Assembly: GCA_965235115.1 (NCBI GenBank)
Contig: OZ249436.1
Location: 29,514,001 to 29,578,000 of the forward strand
Length of the DNA: 64,000 nucleotides
Source of the DNA: Laetmonice hystrix
Lineage: Eukaryota
Direction: 5' to 3'
Under the pieces are notes generated by a model. That model was not told where the DNA came from. It saw nothing but the letters and a program-made list of their open reading frames with translations, and made no database searches. Shown here in pieces: positions 24,905 through 38,721 of the stretch; positions within the stretch are counted from its first letter, which is position 1, and each line of letters starts with the position of its first letter. The position numbers and the translations under genes were made by a program.

Positions 24905-27860
24905 TGGCAGTTTGAGATTTTCATGACGACGACGACACTCGAAGGTGGCAGTTTGGGATTTTCATGACGACGACGACACTCGGAGCTGGAAGTATGAGAT
25001 TTTCATGACGACGACGACGACACTCGGAGCTGGCAGTTTGGGATTTTCATGACGACGACGACACTCGGAGCTGGCACTTTGGGATTTTCATGACGACGAC
25101 GACACTCGGAGCTGGCACTTTGAGATTTTCATGACGACGACGACACTCGGAGCTGGCACTTTGAGAATTTCATGACGACGACGACACTCGGAGGTGGCAG
25201 TCTGAGATTTTTATGACGACGACGACACTCGGAGCTGGCACTTTGAGATTTTCATGACGACGACGACACTCGGAGCTGGCAGTCTGAGATTTTCATGACG
25301 ACGACGACACTCGGAGCTGGAAGTTTGATATTTTCATGATGACGACGACACTCGGAGCTGGCACTTTGAGATTTGCATGACGACGACGACACTCGGAGGA
25401 GGCAGTATGAGATTTTCATGACGACGACGACACTCGGAGGTGGCAGTTTGAGATTTTCATGACGACGACGACACTCGGAGCTGGCAGTTTGGGATTTTCA
25501 TGACGACGACGACACTCGGAGCTGGCACTTTGAGATTTTCATGACGACGACGACACTCGGAGCTGGAAGTTTGATATTTTCATGACGACGACGACACTCG
25601 GAGCTGGCACTTTGAGATTTGCATGACGACGACGACACTCGGAGGAGGCAGTATGAGATTTTCATGACGACGACGACACTCGGAGCTGGCAGTATGAGAT
25701 TTTCATGACGACGACGACACTCGGAGCTGGCAGTATGAGATTTTCATGACGACGACGACACTCGGAGGTGGCAGTTTGAGATTTTCATGACGACGACGAC
25801 ACTCGGAGCTGGCACTTTGAGAATTTCATGACGACGACGACACTCGGAGGTGGCAGTCTGAGAATTTCATGACGACGACACTCGGAGCTGGCACTTTTGA
25901 GATTTGCATGACGACGACGACACCCGGAGGAGGCAGTATGAGATTTTCATGACGACGACGACACTCGGAGGTGGCAGTTTGAGATTTTCATGACGACGAC
26001 GACACTCGGAGCTGGCACTTTGAGAATTTCATGACGACGACGACACTCGGAGCTGGCAGTATGAGATTTTCATGACGACGACGACACTCGGAGCTGGCAG
26101 TATGAGATTTTCATGACGACGACGACACTCGGAGGTGGCAGTTTGAGATTTTCATGACGACGACGACACTCGGAGCTGGCACTTTGAGAATTTCATGACG
26201 ACGACGACACTCGGAGGTGGCAGTCTGAGAATTTCATGACGACGACGACACTCGGAGGTGGCAGTCTGAGAATTTCATGACGACGACGACACTCGGAGCT
26301 GGAAGTTTGATATTTTCATGACGACGACGACACTCGGAGCTGGCACTTTGAGATTTGCATGACGACGACGACACTCGGAGGAGGCAGTATGAGATTTTCA
26401 TGACGACGACGACACTCGGAGGTGGCAGTTTGAGATTTTCATGACGACGACGACACTCGGAGCTGGCACTTTGAGAATTTCATGACGACGACGACACTCG
26501 GAGGTGGCAGTCTGAGAATTTCATGACGACGACGACACTCGGAGGTGGCAGTCTGAGAATTTCATGACGACGACGACACTCGGAGCTGGCACTTTGAGAA
26601 TTTCATGACGACGACGACACTCGGAGGTGGCAGTATGAGATTTTTATGACGACGACGACACTCGGAGCAGGCACTTTGGGATTTACATGACGACGACGAC
26701 ACTCGGAGCTGGCAGTTTGAGATTTACATGACGACGACGACACTCGGAGGTGGCAGTTTGAGATTTTCATGACGACGACGACACTCGGAGCTGGCAGTCT
26801 GAGATTTTTTTATGACGACGACGACACTTGGAGCTGGAAGTTTGAGATTTTCATGACGACGACGACACTCGGAGCTGGCACTTTGAGATTTTCATGACGA
26901 CGACGACACTCGGAGCTGGCAGTATGAGATATTCATGACGACGACGACACTCGGAGCTGGCAGTATGAGATTTTCATGACGACGACGACACTCGGAGCTG
27001 GCAGTATGAGATTTTCATGACGACGACGACACTCGGAGGTGGCAGTATGAGATTTTCATGACGACGACGACACTCGGAGGTGGCAGTTTGAGATTTTCAT
27101 GACGACGACGACACTCGGAGCTGGCACTTTGAGAATTTCATGACGACGACGACACTCGGAGGTGGCAGTCTGAGAATTTCATGACGACGACGACACTCGG
27201 AGGTGGCAGTCTGAGAATTTCATGACGACGACGACACTCGGAGCTGGCACTTTGAGAATTTCATGACGACGACGACACTCGGAGGTGGCAGTCTGAGATT
27301 TTCATGACGACGACGACACTCGGAGCCGGCACTTTGGGATTTACATGACGACGACGACACTCGGAGCTGGCACTTTGAGATTTTCATGACGACGACGACA
27401 CTCGGAGCTGGCACTTTGAGATTTTCATGACGACGACACTCGGAGCTGGCAGTTTGAGATTTACATGACGACGACGACACTCGGAGCTGGCACTTTGAGA
27501 ATTTCATGACGACGACGACACTCGGAGCTGGCACTTTGAGAATTTCATGACGACGACGACACTCGGAGCTGGCAGTTTGAGATTTTCATGACGACGACGA
27601 CACTCGGAGCTGGCAGTTTGAGATTTACATGACGACGACGACACTCGGAGCTGGCATTTTGGGATTTTCATGACGACGACGACACTCGGAGCTGGCAGTC
27701 TGGGATTTTCATGACGACGACGACACTCGGAGCTGGCAGTTTGAGATTTTCACGACGACGACGACACTTGAAGGTGGCAGGTTGAGATTTTCATGACGAC
27801 GACGACAGTGGGAGCTGGGAGTCTGCCAGAAATACGACGACGACGACACTCAGAAGTAGG
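24905..27860 (+). repeat. 41-bp tandem array (gagattttcatgacgacgacgacactcggagctggcagttt), about 70 copies, left arm of the giant element
   Basis: Direct tandem repetition. Confidence 0.97.
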
Positions 27861-28504
27861 ATGTTGAGAGCCCTAGTTATAGGCCTAAAGCTAAGCCCAG
27901 TTGCCTGAGTTGGTTCATCGCATAGCCTATTTCCTACGGTAGGCTTACCAAGGCTAAACACTTAACATTAAAAGGCGACGGTACTTTAACATTTGTAAAA
28001 ATAAAATGTTTTTAGCGCTAAATTATACTTTGAGTTTTGTAGAACTTTGTACTAACAGCTTTAATTGTCCCATTTAATCTAAACAAAGTTCAACAAAATC
28101 ATGCCGTTTTGGGGAATGATGTCCCACATATAAACAGATTTCATAAGGTTGGCCGGTTTGCCCCACAAAATTTTCTGGCTTGCCTACGGGGCCTACAACT
28201 CGTGTATGTTAACTTAGAACACTTCCCCCCCCCCCCCACACACTTCTGTTTTGCTTCCGACATCACTGCATAGATGCTTAAATCTACCCAGATTTTATGA
28301 CACTGACAGTTATGCTCCCAATACATAAAAGAAATGCAACCGAACACTGACCTCGTAGATCTAATGCAGATTACTCTGACGCTTCCCAATAGGCCTATCA
28401 GACTCAGAGTTAGATCTAGATAGAGTCATTAGGTACCGTGGTACCATATAGGCTAGCAGAGACATAGTCATAGGCCTCAGCCTAGAGTAGTCAGTAGACT
28501 AGAG

Positions 28505-28537
28505 CATAGACATAGAATCAGTGATTCTATGTCTATG
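28505..28537. mobile_element. 33-bp palindromic mini-element with 7-bp TSD (P-like CATAG...CTATG ends)
   Basis: catagacatagaatca-g-tgattctatgtctatg (16-bp perfect arms) flanked by actagag on both sides. Confidence 0.8.
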
Positions 28538-28847
28538 ACTAGAGTCATAGATCAAGTTTAGTACGGTACTGGATCTATGGTAACGTGTACTGACTAGGTC
28601 GACCCTAGTCGAGGATGCCATGTCCTACCTTCAAACTGCCAGAACTCTATCTGTTGCCATTTTGATCTATCAAAACACAATAATTCTGTTAATTTGCGAG
28701 TAGGTCCTTATTTCTTAGCACTGCCGCTCACCATGGTGCCAGTTCTCGTGTCCCAGATATCCAAACAGAGGATCTGACTGGTCCCCTGCTAACTCCTCCC
28801 GCCCTCGGAGATACTCAGTTCAACAGGGAACCAGTCAGACAGAGGAT

Positions 28848-28890
28848 TAGCCTGGTGCCCGGTCTATGGTAGGCACAGGGCACCAGGCTA
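28848..28890. mobile_element. 43-bp mini-element with 13-bp TIR and 9-bp TSD (TAG...CTA ends, Academ-like)
   Basis: tagcctggtgccc...gggcaccaggcta flanked by acagaggat on both sides. Confidence 0.8.
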
Positions 28891-29319
28891 ACAGAGGATA
28901 GTCTGTGCTACGCGACTGTCAACTTCAAAATATTAAAAATACGATATGAGTATCAAGACAGTGCTAGGCTATCGTGTCTACGCGGAGGGCGTCAGCTTAG
29001 TTGCTGAGGTTTCGCCGCTTGAAAATTATCATCAACTATTGCTGTGATCTGCGATTTCCCTTGAACTTCTCGTTACAGTCATATCGTCCTAATGTTGCAG
29101 TTTCTCTGTAGGGTTTGGCACATTAAACATCTGTTTTTCTCTAAAAGTTCTAGGAATAGCACATATTTTATTATATCTAGTGGTCCACAACATGATACAT
29201 ATTGTAAAACACGCAAAAACTAAATATTAATTTTTTTACCCAAGGTACAATGCGGTGCATCAAACAGGTGTCAAATTGGACACCTGGCAGCTGCATGATA
29301 TTTGACCTAAATAATTCCG

Positions 29320-29519
29320 GCATTGCATTTTTACTAATTTTAGACGCTGATTTTTGTTTTTAGCGCCACGGGAATAATATCAAAGCTATTGAGCTGAGAC
29401 TTTAACATACCAGAGACAATATCATGAAGTGATATTAAGAGAAATTTTATTGAATTATAATGCATAGTTTTTGAAATATTAAAGTTTAAAGTTCGGGGCG
29501 TTTTTTTTTATCCACCCGA
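29320..29519 (-). mobile_element. Tc1/mariner-family terminal fragment (about 200-bp TIR, TA flank)
   Basis: Its reverse complement matches 36354-36546 (tcgggtggataaaaaaaaacgccccgaa...gcaatgccg). Confidence 0.75.
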
Positions 29520-29996
29520 TATAATATGACCCCATCAGATTTGCCTGAATTTTTTTTTTGGTGGAAGGCCTATTGGTAGATAGAAAAGTCCTCAATTTCT
29601 AGGTCCCTAAAGTTGCTAAACCCAACGTTTTTTTCCCAGGGCCTCTAGAAGGGTCAGTTTTTTGAGGGCCAAAATGACTTCTTACAAAATGAGCTTTTGA
29701 AATTGAAATATCTCAATGCGCCAATGAGTGCCCAGCTTCATTTTGATTGATGTCAATCTCCGATGGAAGGAGTTACAGAAAATTGCAAAAGTTTGGTGGG
29801 CAGTTGAGGGTGCCACCTATAGGGGGCGCTGCAAAACGCTACTTTTTGCTGAATTTAAATATTTGAGGCATTTCTGGACTGTGCCCTCAACATCCCAAGC
29901 TAGTTTATGCATGATATGATTCCATTAGCAAGCCCAATACTAAGCAACTTGAAATGAATGTGGAATAATGAAGGTGCGAGAGTATAGGTGGCGCTC

Positions 29997-30452
29997 AAGT
30001 CGGTCAAAATGTAAAATTTGTTGTTTTTGGGGGTCGCATATCTCAATGCGCCCTCATCAGATTTGAATGAAACATTTTTTATCAGGCAGCCCTGTATGTC
30101 TACTAACTGTTATAAAGATTTTAGTGGTGTTCAGCTGACCATCGAAATGTGGTTAAGCTTACAAACACGAATTTGTGTTGATATCCAAGATGGCCGCCAA
30201 GCGGCCATTTTGAAGAATATAATTTATAAGCCCCCGTTGGGGGCTAAAAAGAGATGACTGTGCACAGTGTCACATACTTGTGGAATCATTGCCAGAAAAG
30301 CGTTAATACAGCTGAACCCCACTATAATCTTTCGACAGTTAGTAGAGACATACAGGGCTGCCTGATAAGAAATATTTCATTCAAATCTGATGAGGGCGCA
30401 TTGAGAAATGTGACCCCGAAAAACACGCAAAATTTTGCGTTTCGACCGACTT
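29997..30452. repeat. Inverted repeat with about 115-bp arms (29997-30110 and 30335-30452), probable DNA-transposon remnant
   Basis: tctcaatgcgccctcatcagatttgaatgaaa...atcaggcagccctgtatgtc and its reverse complement. Confidence 0.8.
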
Positions 30453-33400
30453 AACCCACAGGGGTGCTTATCCCAGAGCAGATGATGAAACCGGTTGACA
30501 ATGACAGGGCTGAAAGAACCCAAAATATAACTTTAACCAGTAGAGCTAACCTTAACCCAGAGCAGAGGGCGAAACCAGTTGAGAATGGCAGGGCTGCAAA
30601 AACCCAAAATGACTACTAACCCTATACCAAAACTTAACCTTAACCCATGGGGGACGCAACCCAGAGGAGAGACCGAGACTGGTCAGATGACAAGGCAGCA
30701 AATACCCACAAATATAACTAACCCTATCCCAAACCTTAACCTTAACCCACGGGGGTGCTTATTCCAGAGCAGAAGATGAAACCGGTTGACAATGACAGGG
30801 CTGAAATAACCCAAAATATAACTTTAACCAGTAGAGCTAACCTTAACCCTTAGGGTGCCTTAACCCAGAGCAGAGGTGAAACCAGTTGACAATGGCAGGG
30901 CTGCAAGAACCCAAAATGACTACTTGCCCTATCCAAAAACTTAACCTTAACCCATGAGGGACTCAACCAAGAGGACAGACCGATGCCAGATGAAAAGGCA
31001 GCTAGTACCGGTACCCACAAAATAACTAACCCTATCGGATCCTGAACGTTAACCTTAACCCTATCCCAAACCTTAACCTTAACCCACGGGGGTGCTTATC
31101 CCAGAGCAGAGGATGAAACCGGTTGACAATGACAGGGCTGCAAGAACCCAAAATATAACTAACCTTAACCAGAACCCTACCCTTAACCCTTAGGGCGCCT
31201 TAACCCAGAGCTGAGGGCAAAACCAGTTGGCAACGGCAGGGCTGCAAGAATCCAAAATGACTACTAACCCTATCCCAAAACTTAACCTTAACCCATGGGG
31301 GACTTAACCAAGAGGAGAGACCGAGACTGGTCAGATGACAAGGCAGCAAGTACCCACAATATAACTAACCCTATGCTGAACCTTAACCTTAACCCACAGG
31401 GGTGCTTATCCCAGAGCAGAAGATGAAACCGGTTGACAATGACAGGGCTGAAAGAACCCAAAATATAACTTTAACCAGTAGAGCTAGCCTTAACCCAGAG
31501 CAGAGGGCGAAACCAGTTGAGAATGGCAGGGCTGCAAAAACCCAAAATGACTACTAACCCTATACCAAAACTTAACCTTAACCCATGGGGGACGCAACCC
31601 AGAGGAAAGACCGAGACTGGTCAGATGACAAGGCAGTAAATACCCACAAATATAACTAACCCTATCCCAAACCTTAACCTTAACCCACGGGGGTGCTTAT
31701 TCCAGAGCAGAAGATGAAACCGGTTGACAATGACAGGGCTGAAATAACCCAAAATATAACTTTAACCAGTAGAGCTAACCTTAACCCTTAGGGTGCCTTA
31801 ACCCAGAGCAGAGGTGAAACCAGTTGACAATGGCAGGGCTGCAAGAACCCAAAATGACTACTTGCCCTAGATCCAAAAACTTAACCTTAACCCATGAGGG
31901 ACTCAACCAAGAGGACAGACCGATGCCAGATGAAAAGGCAGCTAGTACCGGTACCCACAAAATAACTAACCCTATCGGATCCTGAACGTTAACCTTAACC
32001 CTATCCCAAACCTTAACCTTAACCCACGGGGGTGCTTATCCCAGAGCAGAGGATGAAACCGGTTGACAATGACAGGGCTGCAAGAACCCAAAATATAACT
32101 AACCTTAACCAGAACCCTACCCTTAACCCTTAGGGCGCCTTAACCCAGAGCTGAGGGCAAAACCAGTTGGCAACGGCAGGGCTGCAAGAATCCAAAATGA
32201 CTACTAACCCTATCCCAAAACTTAACCTTAACCCATGGGGGACTTAACCAAGAGGAGAGACCGAGACTGGTCAGATGACAAGGCAGCAAGTACCCACAAT
32301 ATAACTAACCCTATGCTGAACCTTAACCCTAACCCACAGGGGTGCTTATTCCAGAGCAGAAGATGAAACCGGTTGACAATGACAGGGCTGAAAGAACCCA
32401 AAATATAACTTTAACCAGTAGAGCTAACCTTAACCCAGAGCAGAGGGCGAAACCAGTTGAGAATGGCAGGGCTGCAAAAACCCAAAATGACTACTAACCC
32501 TATACCAAAACTTAACCTTAACCCATGGGGGACGCAACCCAGAGGAGAGACCGAGACTGGTCAGATGACAAGGCAGCAAATACCCACAAATATAACTAAC
32601 CCTATCCCAAACCTTAACCTTAACCCACGGGGGTGCTTATTCCAGAGCAGAAGATGAAACCGGTTGACAATGACAGGGCTGAAATAACCCAAAATATAAC
32701 TTTAACCAGTAGAGCTAACCTTAACCCTTAGGGTGCCTTAACCCAGAGCAGAGGTGAAACCAGTTGACAATGGCAGGGCTGCAAGAACCCAAAATGACTA
32801 CTTGCCCTATCCAAAAACTTAACCTTAACCCATGAGGGACTCAACCAAGAGGACAGACCGATGCCAGATGAAAAGGCAGCTAGTACCGGTACCCACAAAA
32901 TAACTAACCCTATCGGATCCTGAACGTTAACCTTAACCCTATCCCAAACCTTAACCTTAACCCACGGGGGTGCTTATCCCAGAGCAGAGGATGAAACCGG
33001 TTGACAATGACAGGGCTGCAAGAACCCAAAATATAACTAACCTTAACCAGAACCCTACCCTTAACCCTTAGGGCGCCTTAACCCAGAGCTGAGGGCAAAA
33101 CCAGTTGGCAACGGCAGGGCTGCAAGAATCCAAAATGACTACTAACCCTATCCCAAAACTTAACCTTAACCCATGGGGGACTTAACCAAGAGGAGAGACC
33201 GAGACTGGTCAGATGACAAGGCAGCAAGTACCCACAATATAACTAACCCTATGCTGAACCTTAACCTTAACCCACAGGGGTGCTTATCCCAGAGCAGAAG
33301 ATGAAACCGGTTGACAATGACAGGGCTGAAAGAACCCAAAATATAACTTTAACCAGTAGAGCTAGCCTTAACCCAGAGCAGAGGGCGAAACCAGTTGAGA

Positions 33401-35048
33401 ATGGCAGGGCTGCAAAAACCCAAAATGACTACTAACCCTATACCAAAACTTAACCTTAACCCATGGGGGACGCAACCCAGAGGAAAGACCGAGACTGGTC
33501 AGATGACAAGGCAGTAAATACCCACAAATATAACTAACCCTATCCCAAACCTTAACCTTAACCCACGGGGGTGCTTATTCCAGAGCAGAAGATGAAACCG
33601 GTTGACAATGACAGGGCTGAAATAACCCAAAATATAACTTTAACCAGTAGAGCTAACCTTAACCCTTAGGGTGCCTTAACCCAGAGCAGAGGTGAAACCA
33701 GTTGACAATGGCAGGGCTGCAAGAACCCAAAATGACTACTTGCCCTAGATCCAAAAACTTAACCTTAACCCATGAGGGACTCAACCAAGAGGACAGACCG
33801 ATGCCAGATGAAAAGGCAGCTAGTACCGGTACCCACAAAATAACTAACCCTATCGGATCCTGAACGTTAACCTTAACCCTATCCCAAACCTTAACCTTAA
33901 CCCACGGGGGTGCTTATCCCAGAGCAGAGGATGAAACCGGTTGACAATGACAGGGCTGCAAGAACCCAAAATATAACTAACCTTAACCAGAACCCTACCC
34001 TTAACCCTTAGGGCGCCTTAACCCAGAGCTGAGGGCAAAACCAGTTGGCAACGGCAGGGCTGCAAGAATCCAAAATGACTACTAACCCTATCCCAAAACT
34101 TAACCTTAACCCATGGGGGACTTAACCAAGAGGAGAGACCGAGACTGGTCAGATGACAAGGCAGCAAGTACCCACAATATAACTAACCCTATGCTGAACC
34201 TTAACCCTAACCCACAGGGGTGCTTATTCCAGAGCAGAAGATGAAACCGGTTGACAATGACAGGGCTGAAAGAACCCAAAATATAACTTTAACCAGTAGA
34301 GCTAACCTTAACCCAGAGCAGAGGGCGAAACCAGTTGAGAATGGCAGGGCTGCAAAAACCCAAAATGACTACTAACCCTATACCAAAACTTAACCTTAAC
34401 CCATGGGGGACGCAACCCAGAGGAGAGACCGAGACTGGTCAGATGACAAGGCAGCAAATACCCACAAATATAACTAACCCTATCCCAAACCTTAACCTTA
34501 ACCCACGGGGGTGCTTATTCCAGAGCAGAAGATGAAACCGGTTGACAATGACAGGGCTGAAATAACCCAAAATATAACTTTAACCAGTAGAGCTAACCTT
34601 AACCCTTAGGGTGCCTTAACCCAGAGCAGAGGTGAAACCAGTTGACAATGGCAGGGCTGCAAGAACCCAAAATGACTACTTGCCCTATCCAAAAACTTAA
34701 CCTTAACCCATGAGGGACTCAACCAAGAGGACAGACCGATGCCAGACGAAAAGGCAGCTAGTACCGGTACCCACAATTATATACTAACCCTATCGGATCC
34801 TGAACGTTAACCTTAACCCTATCCCAAACCTTAACCTTAAGTTAACCCACGGGGGTGCTTATCCCAGAGCAGAGGATGAAACCGGTTGACAATGACAGGG
34901 CTGCAAGAACCCAAAATATAACTAACCTTAACCAGAACCCTACCCTTAACCCTTAGGGCGCCTTAACCAAGAGCTGAGGGCAAAACCAGTTGGCAACGGC
35001 AGGGCTGCAAGAATCCAAAATGACTACTAACCCTATCCCAAAACTTAA

Positions 35049-35381
35049 AGTGCAACTGACATCACATAGGTAACTTTACTGATCTAGATAGATCACTTTG
35101 AGTTGTAGCCGTATCCCTGATAGTTTTTCTGAGAAGTCCTCTCAATTTAGAAAAATATTGAAAATTCGAATCTCGCGCCTCATCACAGTCTCACTCCTGC
35201 CTATTCTTTACCATTGCCCCTGATGACGTCAGCAGGGGAATTGGTCTTTAAAACGGCTTACAATTACATACAGTTCATATTCTTGTACAATAACCGCTCC
35301 TTTAAGTTAAACAACAACAAATTACATGTATCATCAGGATCTGGCACTAAATTTCATGTAAATTTTGATGTCTGTTGGACT
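35049..35381. mobile_element. Kolobok-like MITE with TTAA TSD inserted into the satellite
   Basis: ttaa|agtgcaactgacatca ... tgatgtctgttggact|ttaa (14/16 TIR match); the satellite resumes in register. Confidence 0.85.
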
Positions 35382-36353
35382 TTAACCTTAACCCATGGGG
35401 GACTTAACCAAGAGGAGAGACCGAGACTGGTCAGATGACAAGGCAGCAAGTACCCACAATATAACTAACCCTATGCTGAACCTTAACCTTAACCCACAGG
35501 GGTGCTTATCCCAGAGCAGAAGATGAAACCGGTTGACAATGACAGGGCTGCAGGAACCCAAAATATAACTAACCTTAACCAGAACCCTAACCTTAACACT
35601 TAGGGCGCCTTAACCCAGAGCAGAGGGCGAAACCAGTTGACAATGGCAGGGCTGCAAGAACCCAAAATGACTACTTGCCCTATCCAAAAACTTAACCTTA
35701 ACCCATGGGGGACGCAACCCAGAGGAGAGACTGAGACTGGTCAGATGACAAGGCAGCAAATACCCACAATTAATATAACTAACCCTATCCTGAACCTTAA
35801 CCTTAACCCACGGGGGTGCTTATCCCAGAGCAGAGGCTGAAACCGGTTGACAATGACAGGGCTGCAAGAACCCAAAATATAACCTTAACCAGAACCCTAC
35901 CCTTAACCCACAGGGCGCCTTAACCCAGAGCTGAGGGCAAAACCAGTTGGCAACGGCAGGGCTGCAAGAATCCAAAATGACTACTAACTCTATCCTAACT
36001 AACTAACTGGGTGCCAGTGAGTAGCAGAATGACTGACGCTGACGCCACAAGCTCACCTCTACTAGTTTAATAGATTTATATCAGAACTGACGCCGACGCC
36101 ATCAGCCCACCTCCCCTTGTGTATAGTTGTAGACTAGAACTGACGCTGACGCCATGTGGATTTATCCCTGCCTGGGTGCCAGTGAGTAGCAGAATGACTG
36201 ACGCCGACGCCACAAGCTCACCTCTCCTAGTTTATAGATTTATATCAGAACTGACGCCATCGGGTCATTCCATATTGATGAACTCAACCAGAGGTCCCAT
36301 GGCCACCGATTCAGATTTGGCTCCAACAAATTGTGGGAGTACCTTTACTTATA

Positions 36354-36713
36354 TCGGGTGGATAAAAAAAAACGCCCCGAATTTTAAACTTCAATATTTC
36401 AAAAAGTAATGATTGTAATTCAATTAAATTTTTCTTCATATCACTTCATGATGTTCTCTCTTAGTTGTTAATGTTACAAGTAAATAGCTTGGATAATATT
36501 TCCGTGGGGCTAAAAACAAAAATCATCGTACAAAAGCGCAATGCCGTGCTAAAGCAAAGTGTAGTTGCACCTAGAGTGCCTGGCCTTACACTCGAGTAGG
36601 TGGTCAATTGGTCCCCCGTTTTCACTTCATACTGCTCTCAGTCTCTTTTTCCATGAGCCAATGCACTTCCTGATCTCTGATAGGGAAATATCTTCCCAAC
36701 ATTGGGAAATTAT
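36354..36713 (-). mobile_element. 3' end of a Tc1/mariner element (TIR plus transposase C-terminal remnant)
   Basis: TA|tcgggtggataaaaaaaaacgcccc TIR followed by a minus-strand transposase-like peptide. Confidence 0.8.
36591..36713 (-). pseudogene. Tc1/mariner transposase C-terminal fragment with in-frame stop
   Basis: Manual translation IISQCWEDISLSEIRKCIGSWKKRLRAV*SENGGPIDHLLE fits the W..I....I...I.SW..RL.AV....GG...H tail of Tc1/mariner transposases. Confidence 0.8.
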
Positions 36714-37842
36714 ATGCAACGTTTTGAATGTGTTGCTAAACGTGATAATGATACGATTTCCCTTGATGAAACCGGTTGACAAAGACAGGGCTGCAAGAAC
36801 CCAAAATATAACTAACCTTAACCAGAACCCTACCCTTAACCCTTAGGGCGCCTTAACCCAGAGCAGAGGGCGAAACCAGTTGAGAATGGCAGGGCTGCAA
36901 AAACCCAAAATGACTACTAACCCATTACCAAAACTTAACCTTAACCCATGGGGGACGCAACCCAGAGGAGCTAGACTGAGACTGGTCGGATGACAAGGCA
37001 GCAAATACCCACAATTATAACTAACCCTATCCCAAACCTTAACCTTAACCCACGGGGGTGCTTATTCCAGAGCAGAAGATGAAACCGGTTGACAATGACA
37101 GGGCTGAAAGAACCCAAGATATAACTTTAACCAGTAGAGCTAACCTTAACCCTTAGGGTGCCTTAACCCACAGCAGAGGGCGAAACCAGTTGACAATGGC
37201 AGGGCTGCAAGAACCCAAAATGACTACTTGCCCTATCCAAAAACTTAACCTTAACCCATGGGGGACTCAACCCAGAGGACAGACCGATGCCAGGTGAAAA
37301 GGCAGCTAGTACCCACAATTAACTAACCCTATCCTGAACCTTAACCTTAACCCACAGGGATGCTTATCCCAGAGCAGAGGATGAAACCGGTTGACAATGA
37401 CAGGGCTGCAAGAACCCAAAATATAACCTTAAAGTTAAAGGGATGGAAAACCCACACGGCAAATTAGGTTTCGTAGACCAAATAAAACACCAGCATTTAC
37501 CTCAGGGCAATAAATGCCACAATTACGTTGTCTGAATGAAGTAATTTTACGTGTAACCGCCCGATGTGTGACGCCGCTGGTTCTGACCTTGACCTACTGG
37601 TGTGTTCATCACCTCGGACGTTTACAAACGTTTACAAAGACTGGGACTCCAAACATCGTGTAGACAAGGTCTGTGAGCAGAGCGTAATGTTACACATTTA
37701 TGCCGTGGTGTCTGCATTCAGCTGTGATGAACACACAAGTAAATAAAGTCCTAATTTCATATAAAACCGTATTATTGTAAAGCGCTGAGCACTGCTCAAA
37801 AACCTCCAGCCTAGGCTACTGGTCGGGTGTCTGGGGCTGGAA

Positions 37843-38136
37843 CAATCTAATTAAAATTAGATCTTGGTATTCCGCGTCTCTCTCGGCTGTGTAGGTGCTG
37901 GCTGCGCTCCATACCTAGATCTAAGGACATCCCATTAGGGGTCACCTCAGGTTGACCTCGGGATTCAGCCAATCAGCGAGCCGCCTACGAAATCTTCGGT
38001 GTGCGCTCGTAGGCAATTTGAACGGCACACTTGAATCTGGGTCAAAGGTCAGCCTGAGGTGACCCCATACGGGATGCCGTTAGATCCTAGTATGTAGCGC
38101 ATGCGAAATAACTAAGATCTAATTTTAATTAGATTG
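37843..38136. mobile_element. Palindromic MITE (294 bp), CA...TG ends, imperfect 9-bp TSD
   Basis: caatctaattaaaattagatctt ... aagatctaattttaattagattg; inner arms ggggtcacctcagg / cctgaggtgacccc; flanks gggctggaa and gggctggga. Confidence 0.8.
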
Positions 38137-38721
38137 GGGCTGGGAGAACCCTAAGATTCTGACCGTCTGGCCGGCGATAACCTCCTCCACACTCGCATGG
38201 ATTCCATCTGTTTGTTCTGTTGATCATGTTGGCAAAGAACGTATTAGTTTTAAACTACGTATTTTGTTACATAATTATTACAATGTTACACTGGCAAAAA
38301 GACGCGCCTCATTAAGTCAACAATGGCAGAGCCCTGAATCAGGATAGATCTAATGTAGACAGTAGACTATTTTGCTGTCTAGCTCTCATTCTATCGAAAG
38401 AGCAAGCAGTAAAATGGCCAGTAGATATTCTCAGAATAGCCATAATTTACCCCTGTAAACTAGCAGGCCCCTAATCAGACACTGTGTGAAAGAGCTAAAA
38501 TAGATTGGAGCAGGCTGAGTGGCTGTTGTGATATTTTAACGTCATTATCAGAGTTTTTTTGAACTTTTAAATAGACAAACAAAGCTCGCTGTATTCATAA
38601 CTATGATCCTGAGGAGTCTTGCTTTTAAAGAAAGACATCTGTGGAGACCGTACGATGTGGGGAATAATTCTGGTTACTTTTTTGTATCTATAGGTCGTCG
38701 CGACAGATTTTGCCTGGCAAA

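Larger units (their letters stand above)
30451..37432 (+). repeat. Hierarchical satellite with telomere-like (T)TAACC motifs: ~100-bp subunits A/B/C, ~310-bp trimer, ~939-bp unit, 1878-bp higher-order repeat; interrupted at 35049-35381 and ~36000-36763
   Basis: Identical ORFs at 30579, 32457, 34335 (period 1878); variants such as gccctagatcc at ~31865 and ~33742 mark alternate 939-bp units. Confidence 0.93.

Noticed and set aside
24905..27860. CRISPR-like appearance of the regular 41-bp array (also the 67-bp and 31-bp arrays)
   Set aside because: No unique spacers, no cas genes and a eukaryotic context; these are plain tandem repeats.
30579..35840. Repeated 66-67 aa ORF (MRMAGLQKPK...)
   Set aside because: Non-ATG starts within satellite units; no domain.
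30451..37432. True telomere or interstitial telomeric array
   Set aside because: TAACC-type motifs are short and interspersed with other sequence; there is no pure (TTAGGG)n or (TTAGG)n run.
37435..37460. Kolobok-like left end (ttaa|agggatggaaaacccac)
   Set aside because: No matching right end found, so no boundaries can be given.
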